Under the pieces are notes generated by a model. That model ran no database searches, had not been told where the DNA came from, and was given only the letters and a program-made list of their open reading frames with translations. From the NCBI RefSeq assembly GCF_009914755.1, contig NC_060936.1: DNA of 64,000 nt; one strand, given 5' to 3'. Position numbers and translations under genes: made by a program. Every line of letters begins with the position of its first letter. Within the stretch, counting starts at the first letter, position 1. The DNA comes from the human T2T-CHM13v2.0 reference genome, Homo sapiens. Positions 1 to 13,964 of the stretch are shown piece by piece.

Positions 1-539
1 TTCCATGCCTCCACTAAAATTGTGGTTCAGATTTTTGTTAGATTTCCTGTTACTGTTTGTTGTATGTTTCCATTGATCAATCCCTATTTGTGTTGAATTA
101 GTTGAGACTCTCGTCCCTACCCTGTGAGGTCATTTAACTTTAAGAGAAGATCATTAGGAATATTTTTTGGCCAGATGCCACACTACATATGACTCAGTTC
201 AAGACCTAATTTAGTGAAAGAGAGAAGCTTTTTTTTTACAAAAGATTTATGGACAGATTTTTCCCAGTCTTCCTAGTTTTGTTTCAGAGCCATTACCATG
301 AAACAATAATTATTAGAAATGATTTCCAATGATGTTGTTGGTCTTTTTCTCCCATTTATAGTTCATTAACAGTTCTTGGATTTTCGTGTGGTACATCAGT
401 TCTGATAAACTATTGTCAGTTCCAGATAAATGATATATACTTTACCTTTCAAAAATCTATATTCATTTTATAGAAAAACTTTAAAAAATGAAATTTACTA
501 CTTTAATGTTATACTGAGATCTGTAGGAAAAAAATGGTG

Positions 540-800
540 AATGGGAAAAGGAAGTACCTTTTAGGCAGAGACTTGCAAAAAGGGCTTTTGGCAAGAGGAG
601 CATGCTAGTAGGAACTGAAAGAATGCCAGTTTGGCTGAAGCAGGGAGTGAAGAACATAGCCTATGTGTGGAGCTCAAGCAGTTGGCAAGGCTAGGCTCTC
701 CGGAGCTTGTAGGTCACATTAAAGATTGTCCTAAGAGTCATGTGGAATCATTGAATTGTGTGAAGTGTCATAATCAACATTTCAAAAAGCTTCTTGGCTG
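540..800 (-). mobile_element. Degenerate L2 LINE fragment
   Basis: Purine-rich L2-like text (aggaactgaaagaatgccagtttggctgaagcagggagtga...); highly diverged. Confidence 0.45.
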
Positions 801-1230
801 CAGATTAAATTGATAATAGATAAAAGAGAAACACCTCTTCCTGTCAGGAGAGAAGATAAGGGTAGATAAAAATAGAAGTTTGTGGGCTGTAGGTGTGTGG
901 TAGAAATTTTAAGATGTCATATTTAGTGACTTATGTTTTCTTTGAAATAGAAATTGAGGGCATTGTGGTGTGGGCATGGCTTAGTTTAGAAGTAACAGTG
1001 TTTATCTGTGAGATTGTCAGGATTTGCTATCTAAGATAAGGCTCCCATTTTTATGGTGGCAGTCCATCTAGTAACACATTCATCCCCTGGGAGAGGGTAG
1101 ATGGATCAAGCTATGGGACGGAGAAGGCAGTAATTGTCTTCATCAGTTTTCACTTTAACGGTTGTCAACTCAGCTGAAGAACACAATCACCGATGCTGTC
1201 CTGTTGTTTTTTAGGGGATTGCTATTAACA

Positions 1231-1560
<330 letters not shown>

Positions 1561-1643
1561 CAACCATCAACATTTTTAAAAAATTGTTTTTGTACCTATT
1601 GCTTCATTAGTTTCTTAATTATCCTATAAGACAGTTAGTATTC

Positions 1644-1918
1644 TTTTTTTGTTTTTCTTTTTTTGAGACAAGATCTTGCTGTCATTCAGGCTGCAGCGCA
1701 GTAGTGTGATCATGGCTCACTGCAGCCTACCCCGGGCTCCTGAGTAGCTGGGATCACAGGTGCATGCCACCATGCCTGGCTAACTTTTTTATATTTTTGG
1801 TAGGCATGGGGTTTTGCCATATTGTCCAGGCTGGTCTCAAACTCTTGGGGTCAAGCAATCTTCCTGCCTTGGCCTCCCAAAGTGTTGGGATTATAGGCAT
1901 GAGCCACCACACCTGGCC
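1644..1918 (-). mobile_element. AluJ with internal deletion
   Basis: Reverse-complement Alu; degenerate TSD agtattct/agtgttct. Confidence 0.93.
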
Positions 1919-2547
1919 AGTGTTCTACTTTTAAAAGGGAGGTAATGGGCTCTGAAAGGTTATGACTAGCAGAATATAGTGAGTAGAGGTTAGAATGATT
2001 TTATGATTCTAAATTTTCAGTTATTTACTGAATGTCATGATACTGAGCCACCACCCCTGTAAGATTTTAAGCTTTACTGATACCCAAACTAACCATTTAG
2101 GAACATACTACTTTAAATTTTTCATTTGCACAAATGTTGAGTACCTACTCTACAAGATACTGTGTTAGATACTTTTGTGTAAGATAGGCCATAGCATTTT
2201 ATTGTGGTATCTTGTCTCATGTAAATACAGGTTCTACCTACACAATTACTATAGCTGTCAGATATGAGGTAGGTGGGTCTAACATGCAGAAAATGTAGGC
2301 ACTGAGTCTAGAAATTGGACCCCTCCCCATTACAGTATAGAAACCAGTCCCGTGTACCACTTTAGCTCTTTATTCCCCCTGAAATAGGTTATCATTTTAC
2401 ATCATGACCTCTTCAGCTTTCCTCAAGTAAGGGGAAAAAATTATCTTAACACAAAATGCAAGAATCTTACCTAGGCATCTAACCTAAGAATACCGTCAGA
2501 AGTTATTTGTAGAACGTGAAAACTGGAGCTAATAGTTATTAAAGGTA

Positions 2548-2822
2548 GGCCGGGTGCAGTGGCTCACACCTGTAATCCCAGCAGCACTCTGGGAGGCCTA
2601 GGCAGGCGGATCATGAGGTCAGGACATCGAGACCATGCTGGCTAACACGGTGAAACCCCGTCTCTACTAAAAATACAAAAAATTAGCCAGGCGTGGTGGC
2701 AGGCGCCTGTAGTCCCAGCTACTTGGGAGGCTGAGGCGGGAGAATGGCATGAACCCGGGAGGCAGAGCTTGCACTCCAGCCTGGGCGACAGAGCGAGACT
2801 CCGTCTCAAAAAAAAAAAAAAA
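2548..2822 (+). mobile_element. AluY with 24-bp internal deletion
   Basis: AluY diagnostics (ggctaacacggtg, gaatggc, gagcttgca); 15-bp TSD aatagttattaaagg at 2531-2545 and 2821-2835. Confidence 0.97.
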
Positions 2823-3748
2823 TAGTTATTAAAGGATTTTATTGATGGCTGCCTTTTCACAATAGTATATCTTAGGTTATGTATTGTAAACACTTTTCTG
2901 ATGAAGTTATTTTTATACAACTTAGAAATTGATCCAAGGATACTGGCAGCCCATTCTACTCCAAGTGTGTAAACTTGAGCCTTTTATATTTCACACTGTA
3001 AACACATGCTGTGTATGCTTGTGCACAGTGAGAGACTGCCTACTTCTATAGCAGTCCATTTTATGTTTTCCTTGACTTACTAAATCATCTAACTATGAAT
3101 GGACACTAAAAGACATATGGCCCACCTCCTCTTATCTCTATTATGTGTACCTGGGCAGTAAGTTATCTAGAGTAATTTATCTTCTGACAGTTGTTTCTTC
3201 TGCTTACACACACAGACAGAATGTGCCCTCTAATTAGATTTGGCTGATACTAGTTATTTGATCGGTTAATAGGAAAGGTAAAAACGGAGTCAAATTTATG
3301 TTTGTTCTTTTTAGTTTCCTTTGCTGTTTCTCTCCCCTAACCATTTAATTTTTGAGGGCACTTCCAGGGGACTAGTCTCTACACTTGGTGCTCTTATCCA
3401 GACTCATGGCTGTAGGATTTACATGCTGTCAGTTTCAAAATTTATATTTCCAATTCAGATGGGCTAATATTTCAGCCCCTCCTCTCCCCTATCTGCCTGT
3501 TCACAGTCTTACCCAACAGCGAATATAAATACTGTCATTTCAGTTGTGTAGGCCCAAAACAGATCACTCTTGACTCCTCACACCCTACATCTACAGGGAA
3601 GTACTTTGTCTCTACCACCAGAAAATACCTGGGACCTCTTACTAATGCTGGGGTTGCTCTCTGCCTTTGCCACTGCACAGTCTGTTGTCAGTATAGCTGT
3701 CAGTCTATATTGTTTCTTAAAAATCCTGCAGTGCCTCCCTATTTCTTA

Positions 3749-3892
3749 AGAGACAGGATCTCTGTCACCCAGGTTTGAGTGCAGTGGTGTGACCGTAGCT
3801 CACTGCAACCTTGAACTCCTGGATTCAAACGATCCTCACACCTCAACCTCCCAGAGCACTAGGATTACAGGTTTGAGCCACCTCACCCAGCC
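3749..3892 (-). mobile_element. FLAM Alu monomer
   Basis: Single Alu monomer, reverse complement. Confidence 0.85.
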
Positions 3893-3989
3893 CACTCTTC
3901 AGTTCTATCAGAGTAAAGCTGCAGTCCTGGCAGTCCTGACAAAAGTCTCTCCATGATTTGCTCCCCCATTCCCCCCACTCTCACTTTGG

Positions 3990-4233
3990 TTGGAGTGTAG
4001 TAGCATGAGCTCAGCTCACTGCAACCTCCACCTCCTGATCTCAAGCAATTCTCCCACCCCAGCCTCCTGAGTAGCTGGAGGTGCGCACCACCACACCTGG
4101 CTAATTTTTGTCAGTTTTGTAGAGATGGGCTTTTTGCCATCTTGCCAAGGCCGGACTCAAATTCCTGGACTCAAGCTCCTCCTGCCTCAGCCCCCCAAAG
4201 TGCTGGGATTACTGGCATGAACTGCTGCGCCCA
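3990..4233 (-). mobile_element. AluJ lacking tail end
   Basis: Reverse-complement Alu body within L2-like sequence. Confidence 0.9.
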
Positions 4234-4699
4234 ACCAATTTGGCTTCTCTTACCTCTGACCAGATCTACCAGTACCTTTCCCCATGCTCACTCCATTCTA
4301 GCCACTCTGGCCTTGTTTTTCAAACAGGTTAGGTATCGTCATGTGTCTGAGCCGTTGTGTGGGCCATTTCCCCTGCCTGGAATGCTGGAGATAGCTGCCT
4401 GAGAAGAATCTCAGTGAGGTTTGTTTTTACCATTCTATTGAATGGAAACTGCTACCTCCCTTAATTGCTTTATTCTTTACTCTTCCCATGCATTTATGAC
4501 CTAGCACTATGTATTTTGCTTGTTCGTTCAAATATAAAGTCCCATGAAAGCAAGGATCTTATTGTAGTTTCTGTTAAATCCCAAGTGTCTACATCAGCTT
4601 GTGGCAAGCAAATGTTAATATTTGAATGAAGGATCTTGAATTGTAGTTCTGCCTCACTGTCTTGTTAGCAACTATTTTAAGAGCTGCGTCAGCATGTTT

Positions 4700-5690
<991 letters not shown>

Positions 5691-5737
5691 TTTTTAAAGC
5701 AGCTCATTTTTATGGAGACTTTACAAAGTACTTAACT

Positions 5738-6030
5738 TGCCGGGCATAGTGGCTCATGTCTGTAATCCCAGCACTTTGGGAGGCCAAGGCGGGTGGGTCG
5801 CTTGAGCTCAGGAGTTCTAGCCTGGGTAGTATGGTGAAACCCCATCTCTACAAAAATACAAAAATTAGCTGGATGTGGTGGCACAGGCTTGTGGTCCCAG
5901 CTACTCAGGAGAATGATGTGGGAGTCTCGCCTGAGCGTGGTAGGTCGAGGCTGCAGCAAGTGAAGATTGTCCCACTGCACCCCAGGTTGTGCGACAGACA
6001 CTCAGTGAGACCCTGTCTCAAAAAGAAAAA
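5738..6030 (+). mobile_element. AluJ
   Basis: Alu dimer with A-rich tail. Confidence 0.93.
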
Positions 6031-6300
6031 CCAAAGTAAACTTAGTTTTCATTGAACCAATTCTCTTTTGCACTCAAATGTTTCATTGGTTTACATAATA
6101 CTGAGATGAAATCACAAGCAAAATTACCATTGACATAGTTTAGAAATAAACAGCTGACTCTAAACATTACTAGTAGCATGAGTTCTTGGATATGATGTAT
6201 TTTGTGTGACTAAGTCAGTTTTATAGAGAGAATGTATAGTTAGGTTATGTGGGGCCAACTGAGGGCTTTTAGAATATTGACATTTTCTTAAATGCTCTAA

Positions 6301-6457
6301 GTTTGCTCCTGAAAGTATGGTCTACAGGGTATCAACATTGGCATCACCTGGTCTGGGAACTGGTCACAAGTGCAGAATGTACCATGCGAAATCAAAATGT
6401 ACATTTGAGCAAGATCCCCAGTGATTTGTATGCACATTAAAGATTGACAAATTGTGC
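6301..6457 (+). mobile_element. MER5A1 (hAT-Charlie MITE)
   Basis: aaagtatggtc...ggcatcacctgg...caagatccccagtgatttgtatgcacattaaag matches MER5A1 layout. Confidence 0.8.
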
Positions 6458-6464
6458 CTTTAAA

Positions 6465-6870
6465 CTACTTTTAATGGCTACCTGGTGTTTCAACTTGTAA
6501 CATAATTTTAACCAGTTCTTGCCACTGGGTGTTCAGGTTATTTCACTAGGTTTTTGAGTATTATAAAGGATGCTGCAATGAATTTCCTTATAGGTAAATC
6601 TTAGTGCAAATATCTGTTTTCCAGTAATGAATTTCTTGGAGTGCTTGATTCAGAGTATGAATATTTGAGTTTTTGACACATTAAATTGTCCCGATTTACT
6701 TTTACCCAAGCTGTATGTGAAAATGTGTATTTCTCCACATTCTTTTCAGTAATTAGTGCTTTTAAAAATCTATCTTAGTGGTGGAAATGGGTATCTTATT
6801 TTTAACTATTTCGTGATTGTTAGAGTGGCTTAAATATATTTAAATGTTAGTTGTGTGCTTCCATCTAGAG
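6465..6870 (-). mobile_element. Old L1 (L1ME-like) fragment
   Basis: Antisense L1 ORF2-end/3'UTR motifs, highly diverged. Confidence 0.6.
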
Positions 6871-7213
6871 GTAGGCGTACATAAGAAATGAATCGGTAAA
6901 TCATGATTTGGTATTTCCATTTTAATAATTGAGGAAACAGTTCAGTAATACAACCAGTAAAGGGCAGACCCAGGAACTGAAGATCTGATTTAGGAACCAA
7001 GAAAGATCTGAAAGATCCTTTTCTAATCTATCAAACCAGAATTAACCTAATATATTCTATTATGGTGGAGTTAGCTAATCAAATCAAACCCTTTTTATTT
7101 CCATTCTTATACTGAAAATGTTTCTAAGTTTACTTAGTGCACACAATGAGAGTCATTTAAAAGGAAGTTATTTAGTATTTAGATTGTTACCTTAGAGAAT
7201 CCTTAGATAATAC

Positions 7214-7486
7214 TTTTATTTTTATGTAGGGTCTCACTCTGTCACCCAGGCTGGCGTGCAGTGGCATGATCATGGTTCATCATAGCCTCAACCTCCTGGG
7301 CTCAAGCCTCCCGCATAGCGGGGACTACAGATGTGCACCACCACACCCAGCTGATTTTTGTATTTTTTGTAGAGGCGGATTTTGCCATGTTGCCCAGGCT
7401 GGTCTCAGATCCTGGGCTCAAGTGATCCACCCTCCTCGGCCTCCCAAAAGTGCTGGGATTGCAGGCGTGAGCCACTGCACCTGGCC
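7214..7486 (-). mobile_element. AluJ
   Basis: Reverse-complement Alu dimer. Confidence 0.93.
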
Positions 7487-7655
7487 TGAGAATACATTTA
7501 CTTTTTTTTTTTTTTTTTTAAGGAAATTTATAGTATCCTAACATTCTGAATAGAATTCTCATGGTAGGTGTAAGAAAGTGGTCTTAATTTTACTTAGCTA
7601 TGTAATGCTGCTTTTTGTTTTTGTTTTTAGCCCTAGGTGAAAGCCTATTATAGGC

Positions 7656-7860
7656 TATATATATAAATATATATATAATATATATATTACATATTATATA
7701 TATTATGTATAATATATTACATATTATATATAAAATATATTACATATTATATATAAAATATATTACATATTATATATATAATATATTACATATATATAAT
7801 ATATTACATATATATATGATATATTACATATTATATATATTATATATATAATATATATAT
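7656..7860. repeat. AT-rich micro/minisatellite (tatattacatattatata-type units)
   Basis: About 205 bp nearly pure A/T with recurrent atattacat core. Confidence 0.95.
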
Positions 7861-9148
7861 GTAGCATTTGAATGTCTATGTATGTGGTATTCAGGAAGGA
7901 GATACAAAGACAGTGAATATTACTTCTGTTTTTTTAGGAGCCAGGAAATAAAATAATTTCCATTCAGTGAGTAACTCAAAGTGATTGCAATGTGCAAAAT
8001 ACCTTGAGCATACAAAGAAAAAACAATTGGCTGTCCAGAAGAAAGGAACTAAAGAGACTAATATGTGCTTTTCCATATGTTATTTCATGTAAGTGTTAAA
8101 AACAGTCCTATTGGGATTCCTTGTTTACAGGTGAGGTAAGGTATTTTGTAAGATTCAGTAGCAGAGCAGTGATCCACGTTAGGAGTCAGAAAAGCCAACC
8201 CAGAGAATGTGACAGTAGAACTGACTCTTAGAGGTCATTATTTGAAGATATGAGGTGATATGTATATTGTGAAAGAATATACAGATACATTAATAGGCTT
8301 AAAAAATTTAGCAAGATCAATGAATACAAAGTCAGTTTAGAAGCCAGATATAATGGAGCTAGTTTTAAATTTAATAAAAGGTGTGCAAAGTGCTCTTTGT
8401 AGAAAGTTTTAAACCTTTACTGAAAGACATTAAGATAGACCCAAATCAATGGACATCTGTTTGCTCCTGAAAGTGTGTTCTACAGACTGGCATCGTTGAC
8501 ATCAATATTCCTGTTGTCGGGTAGGAGGAATCAGTATCATTAAATATGACAGCTCCTCCCAAATCTATAGCATCAATGCAAATCAGAATAATATCCCAAG
8601 AAGTTTGTTACTGAATATGACTATCTGGTTCTAAATTTTATATGGAAGCTCAAAAACAAATGATAACCAAGAGGGAGGTGGAGTGAGACTTGCCTTACCA
8701 GATACTAAGCCGTATTGTAAGTAAGATAATACAGACTTGATGCAGGAATAGACCATAGAACAATATACAGAGACTAGAAACCACATATGAAAACTAGATT
8801 TATGATAGAATGGGAATCTCATACATAAATATCAATTCTAGGTGGATTAAATGTGGACTTAATGTAAGAGGCAAAGCCAGACTCTTAAGAATAAATTATA
8901 GGAAATAATTGTATGACCTTGGATTGGAGAAGGAGTTCTTAAGACATAAAAGGACAAATTATAAAGGGAAAGATTGATAAATTTGAATAAAATTAAGAAC
9001 TCCTGATTATTAAAAGAGTGAAACGAAAAGTCCCAGACTAGGAGAAGATATTGAAACACAGATAATTGACAAAAGGACTTTTATCAAGAATAGATAATAA
9101 ACCATACATATATGAGAACAATAGAAACCCAATAGAAAAATGGTCAAC

Positions 9149-10830
9149 TCGGGCCGCCGCCGCTGCCGCTGAATCATTTGAGCTGCAGCGGGCGGTTTCG
9201 GCTCTTGGCCAGGAGCCACTTGTGCGGCTGCCCAGAGAACCAGAGGTCCTCGATCCCGTGTCGTCTTCCTCTTCGCCCCCAGGAGGAGCGAGAGGGAGCC
9301 GCGGTTGATGTGAGAAATAGACTTCCGGGAAATGGCCTCTAAATCCTGGCTGAATTTTTTAGCCTTCCTCTGTGGATCGGCAATAGGATTTTTTGTTGTT
9401 TTTTTTTTTTTTAACGTTCTCAGCTATTTAGTATTTTGGGAGAATAGGGTGACACCCAGCCTAATACTCTTCATAATGATCCTCATGCGAGGCATTCAGA
9501 TGATAATGGCACAATCATCTAGAAGGACAAATGAACTTCAATGCTGATTCTAGCCAACATAAAGATGAGAACACCGACATCGCTGAAAACCTCTATCAGA
9601 AAGTTAAAATTCTTTGCTGGGTTATGACAAGCCCTTAAAACCTAGAGAAAAAGGCCAAACTTATCAAAGTTACATGGGCCCAGCATTGTCACAAAGTGTT
9701 ATGAGTTCAAAAGAAAATAAAGACTTCCCTACTGTGGGATTGAAAACCAAAGAAGGCAGAGATCAGCTATACTGGAAAACAAAGCTTTTCAGTATGTTCA
9801 TGAACATTATTTAGAAGATGCTGATTGGCTTTTGAAAGCAGATGATGACACGTATGTCATAGTAGACAATTTGAGATGGCTTCTTTCAAAATATTACCCT
9901 GAAGAACCCATTTACTTTGGGAGAAAACTAAAACCCTATATGTAAAGCAGGGCTACATTGAGTGGAGGAGCAGAATATGTGCTAAGCAAAGAAGCCTTGA
10001 AGAGATTTGTTGATGCATTTGAAACAGACAAGTGTACATTTAGTTCCTCCATTGAAGACAGCACTGGGGAGATGCATGGAAATTATAAATGTGGAAGCAG
10101 GAGATTCCAGAGATACCACTGGAAAAGAAACTTTTCATCCCTTTATGCCAGAACATTTAATTAAAGGTTATCTACCCAGAACCTTTTGGCACTGGAATTA
10201 CAACTGTTATCCTCCTGTAGAGGGTCCTGGTTCTTGTTCTGATCTTGCAGTTTCTTTTCACTACGTTGATTCTACAACTATGCGTGAGTTAGGATACCTC
10301 ATTTATCATCGTCGTCTATATGATTATTTGTACAGATATCAACCTGCCTTACCTGAAAATACACTAAAGGAAATTAGTCAAGCAAACAAAAACGAAGGTA
10401 CAAAAGTGAGGTTAGGAAACCCTTGAATGAAAGTAAATGATGAACAAAGGGAAAATGTCTAGCATTGCACTGAAGAAGGACTTTTGCATTTCTAACCTAG
10501 AACACTGGAATCCCAATGAGGAATTCTAAGTGAACATTCCATGTAGGAATCTTTCACATGAATGATTATAAACTTTAAATGAGCTTTAAATGAGCTGTGA
10601 AGTCTGTTAAAATGCGTTTTCGTACAGTAATATATAAATATATCTGTATATATGAAGAACTTGTGTTTTTAAAATGGTGACCAGGTAGAGGAACTAGAAA
10701 AGAGATTTTGTTGCCTATTTTTGACCATCTGTATTATTGTCACTGAGAAACTAAAACAATTAAATTTGCTAAAACTACAGTGCACCATGTTAGTAATAAA
10801 CAGATCTGCCCCAAAGAAAATTAAAAAAAA
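9149..10830 (+). pseudogene. C1GALT1P1: Processed pseudogene of C1GALT1 (T-synthase); CDS remnant 9332-10426
   Basis: Fragments [38 protein letters not shown] (DxD at 9841-9849), [17 protein letters not shown]-terminus [19 protein letters not shown]; no introns; multiple frameshifts; GC-rich 5'UTR; AATAAA 10795-10800; A tail; degenerate TSD aaaaatggtcaac/aaaaagggcaac. Parent identity is secure; the P1 numbering is from memory. Confidence 0.95.
10795..10800 (+). terminator. Polyadenylation signal of the retrocopied C1GALT1 mRNA
   Basis: AATAAA about 12 nt upstream of the A-rich tail. Confidence 0.85.
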
Positions 10831-11287
10831 GGGCAACAGACATGAACTGACATTTCACAGAAGAAAGTTTATAAATATATGAAATAAAATTTAATTTTAT
10901 TCTGGAAAGTGCATATTAAGATCACAGGTGCCATTTTTTACCTACAATATTGGCAAAAAAGTTCAAAATGTAATTTGAGTATTGGCTAGTATACGGTGCA
11001 AGTGAAAATACTGCTGGAAGGGGTATAAATTCATACGACAATTTTGGAATCTAGTTTAACATTACTTGGTAAAGTAAATGTGCATATATCCCCAGGAGAA
11101 ACTCATATCTTTACACTAGGAGACATTTACAAGAATGTTTATAGCAACATCATTTGTAATAGAAAACTGGAAACATCTCAAATAGCCACCAATAGAATAG
11201 ATAAATAGTAGGACATTCATGCAATAAAATAGTATGGAGCCTGCAAATGTAAGAACTAGTTACATGAACATAAAAAGATCTTAACAT

Positions 11288-11547
11288 TGGCAGGGTGTGA
11301 TGGATCACAAGGTCAGGAGTTCAAGACCATCCTGGCCAAGATGATGAAACCTCGTCTCTACTAAAAATACAAAAATTAGCCGGGCATGGTGGCAGGCGCC
11401 CATAATCCCAGCTACTCGGGAGGCTGAGGCAGAGAATTGCTTGAACCCAGGAAGCGGAGGTTGCAGTGAGCCGAGCTCACACCACTGCACCCCAGCCTGG
11501 GCAACAGAGCGAAACTCCATCTCAAAAATAAAAATAAAAATAAAAAA
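11288..11547 (+). mobile_element. AluS with left-arm deletion
   Basis: Left arm jumps from gtgtgatggatcac to aaggtcagg; TSD cttaacat. Confidence 0.93.
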
Positions 11548-13017
11548 CTTAACATCTTTACTGGAATAAGCAAGTCACAGACGAATTCACACAGTATTCC
11601 ATTTATATTAGAGATTCTAACATTTAGAGACATTAGAAAAGCAACGTAAGAAATCATTAATAAAATTCAGCATAGTTTTCTAGGGGCAAGAAAGTAGAGG
11701 GATGTAATCAAGGAGGAAGTCTCACACGGCATCTAATGTGCCATAACCAACCAGAATTGCTGGCATCCAAGCGTTTTTACTTTTTGGACGGTATATATTT
11801 TAATACACAAGTATGATGTATTTTATAATCAATAAAATAATAGAAATATGCTTACTATTGTATAAGTCTAGCTGAATTCTAGATCGTTTAAGTGACCATC
11901 ATACCTAGAAGGTGATAGTAATAAATATTTAAAATAATACTTAGGTGTTTTTCCAAAAACATGTCAAATTCTACTTTAAAATTTTCTATTTATATTATCT
12001 GAAATTTTGTTTTAGTACATTTTACTTGAAATGGGAGATAATAGTCCAATGAGGGCATGGAAGTAACAAATAGTTAATGTTATAAAGAGTCTTCTGCCCT
12101 ATCAGAGAATCTCAACATGAAAGAGAGGAAGATGTAGGTTGAAAAAGCATATTTTGAAACTATTATTGCTTTGATATATTTTCCTTCAAATAATATCAAA
12201 GGAGATTGTAAGGCTTAACACCACTTTCTCTCCAGATAGCCATAAAATTAGTCTTCATACAGCACTAGGTGGAGGAAGCCAAGGGCCTGGTCACCAGTGT
12301 ACCAAGTACTGGACTGGGGGCTGGGAGGACTTCAGTTACCAATAATGGTATCTCTAGGTCCACAACAAGGTAAACAGTTTGAAACATTGAGTTGCAGTTG
12401 ATGCCACACAAAAATTTCTCTATTTGTTGTCTTGGTTGGGACACAGTGATTAGTACAAGTAATGTACCCGAATGGGGACTTAACAGTCATCCTCCCTTAT
12501 GAAGCAGACTGCTGTAGAATTTCACGCAACTTGGGGCCACTCTGGTGAGCCTGTATATCTTCCTGACATGTTTGCACCTGGTGGTAATCTACCTGTGCCA
12601 AACCATTTCTGCCCTTATGGTGGTGTGGTATCTCATTTTTTTCAAATACTTTTCAGAGTCCTAACAGCTCTCAGATCTCAGAATGATGACCTCAATTGGA
12701 GCCTGCTTCCTGGAGAAATTGGCCAAGGTAGAGATTACGAGAACCAGAGTCATTCCAGGACAGATTAAACCTTAGCATTGTTGAAAGCAACTACCATTAC
12801 ATGACAGCTTGCCAAGATGGGTTGGGGAAGCCAGGATTTTGGTGATGAATAGTGTCTTCCAACATTTGAGAAACCTTAAGTACTATTGGGTTCTGTGTAT
12901 TCATTCATTCAGAATTACCGAGTTGCCCATTAGATGTCAGGCACTGTGCTAGGGTCAAACTAAAAACTCCACCTGAAGATTAGCTAATATTTGCATGAAG
13001 CAGTGGATATTTTAATC

Positions 13018-13137
13018 TTTTTAGAGACAGGTCTTACTATGTTGCCCAGGCTAGACTTGAACTCCTAGGATCAAGTGATCCTCCTGCCTCAGACTCCTGA
13101 GTAGCTGGGACCACAGGTGCGTGCCACTGTACCCAGC
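13018..13137 (-). mobile_element. FLAM Alu monomer
   Basis: Reverse-complement monomer. Confidence 0.85.
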
Positions 13138-13622
13138 AATTTTGCTCGATCTGTAGGGCTCCCAATCTGCTATGTCTGAGATCTTGTTGAATCTTATAGA
13201 GATAACTTAGAAAAGACGTAGCTCAGGAATTTCATTTTTTGGGCTTTCACATATATGCACTTTTCAGGGTTAGCCAAAAAGAGGTGGTGCTGCAGTATTC
13301 AGGATGTCTTATTTCTTGGAAGAAGAGTTTATGTGAGGTCATTATGGGATCTAAATCAGATAAGATATAGTTAGTATCTCTCTTCAGGTAGGATTCATTT
13401 AACAAATATTCTGGTTGCACATCCAGGTGCCAAAATGAATATAGCCATGAATGTAACATCCCTCATCTCTTGAAGATTATTTATAGTGAGGAAAGGCAGA
13501 CAATGATCAAATATATCAGTTTGTGTTAAAAATTATTAACCAGTATAAAGCAAGGTATTACTATATATGTTTGTCAAGGAAGATCCTTATGAAGTGTGGT
13601 TTGAACAGAGCTGAAAATATAG

Positions 13623-13964
<342 letters not shown>

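Larger units (their letters stand above)
8260..11850 (+). mobile_element. Old L1 (L1ME-like) ORF2/3'UTR remnant hosting the C1GALT1 retrocopy and an Alu
   Basis: L1 text resumes across the pseudogene: ccaatagaaaaatggtcaac | gggcaacagacatgaactgacatttcacagaagaa. Confidence 0.8.

Noticed and set aside
10007-10426. 139-aa ORF ending in the C1GALT1 C-terminus
   Set aside because: Frameshift-bounded pseudogene fragment lacking the signal anchor and DxD motif
12200-12900. Unique-looking balanced-GC block with an 89-aa ORF (12499-12768)
   Set aside because: I could not recognise a protein, splice structure or repeat family on either strand; the ORF length is compatible with chance
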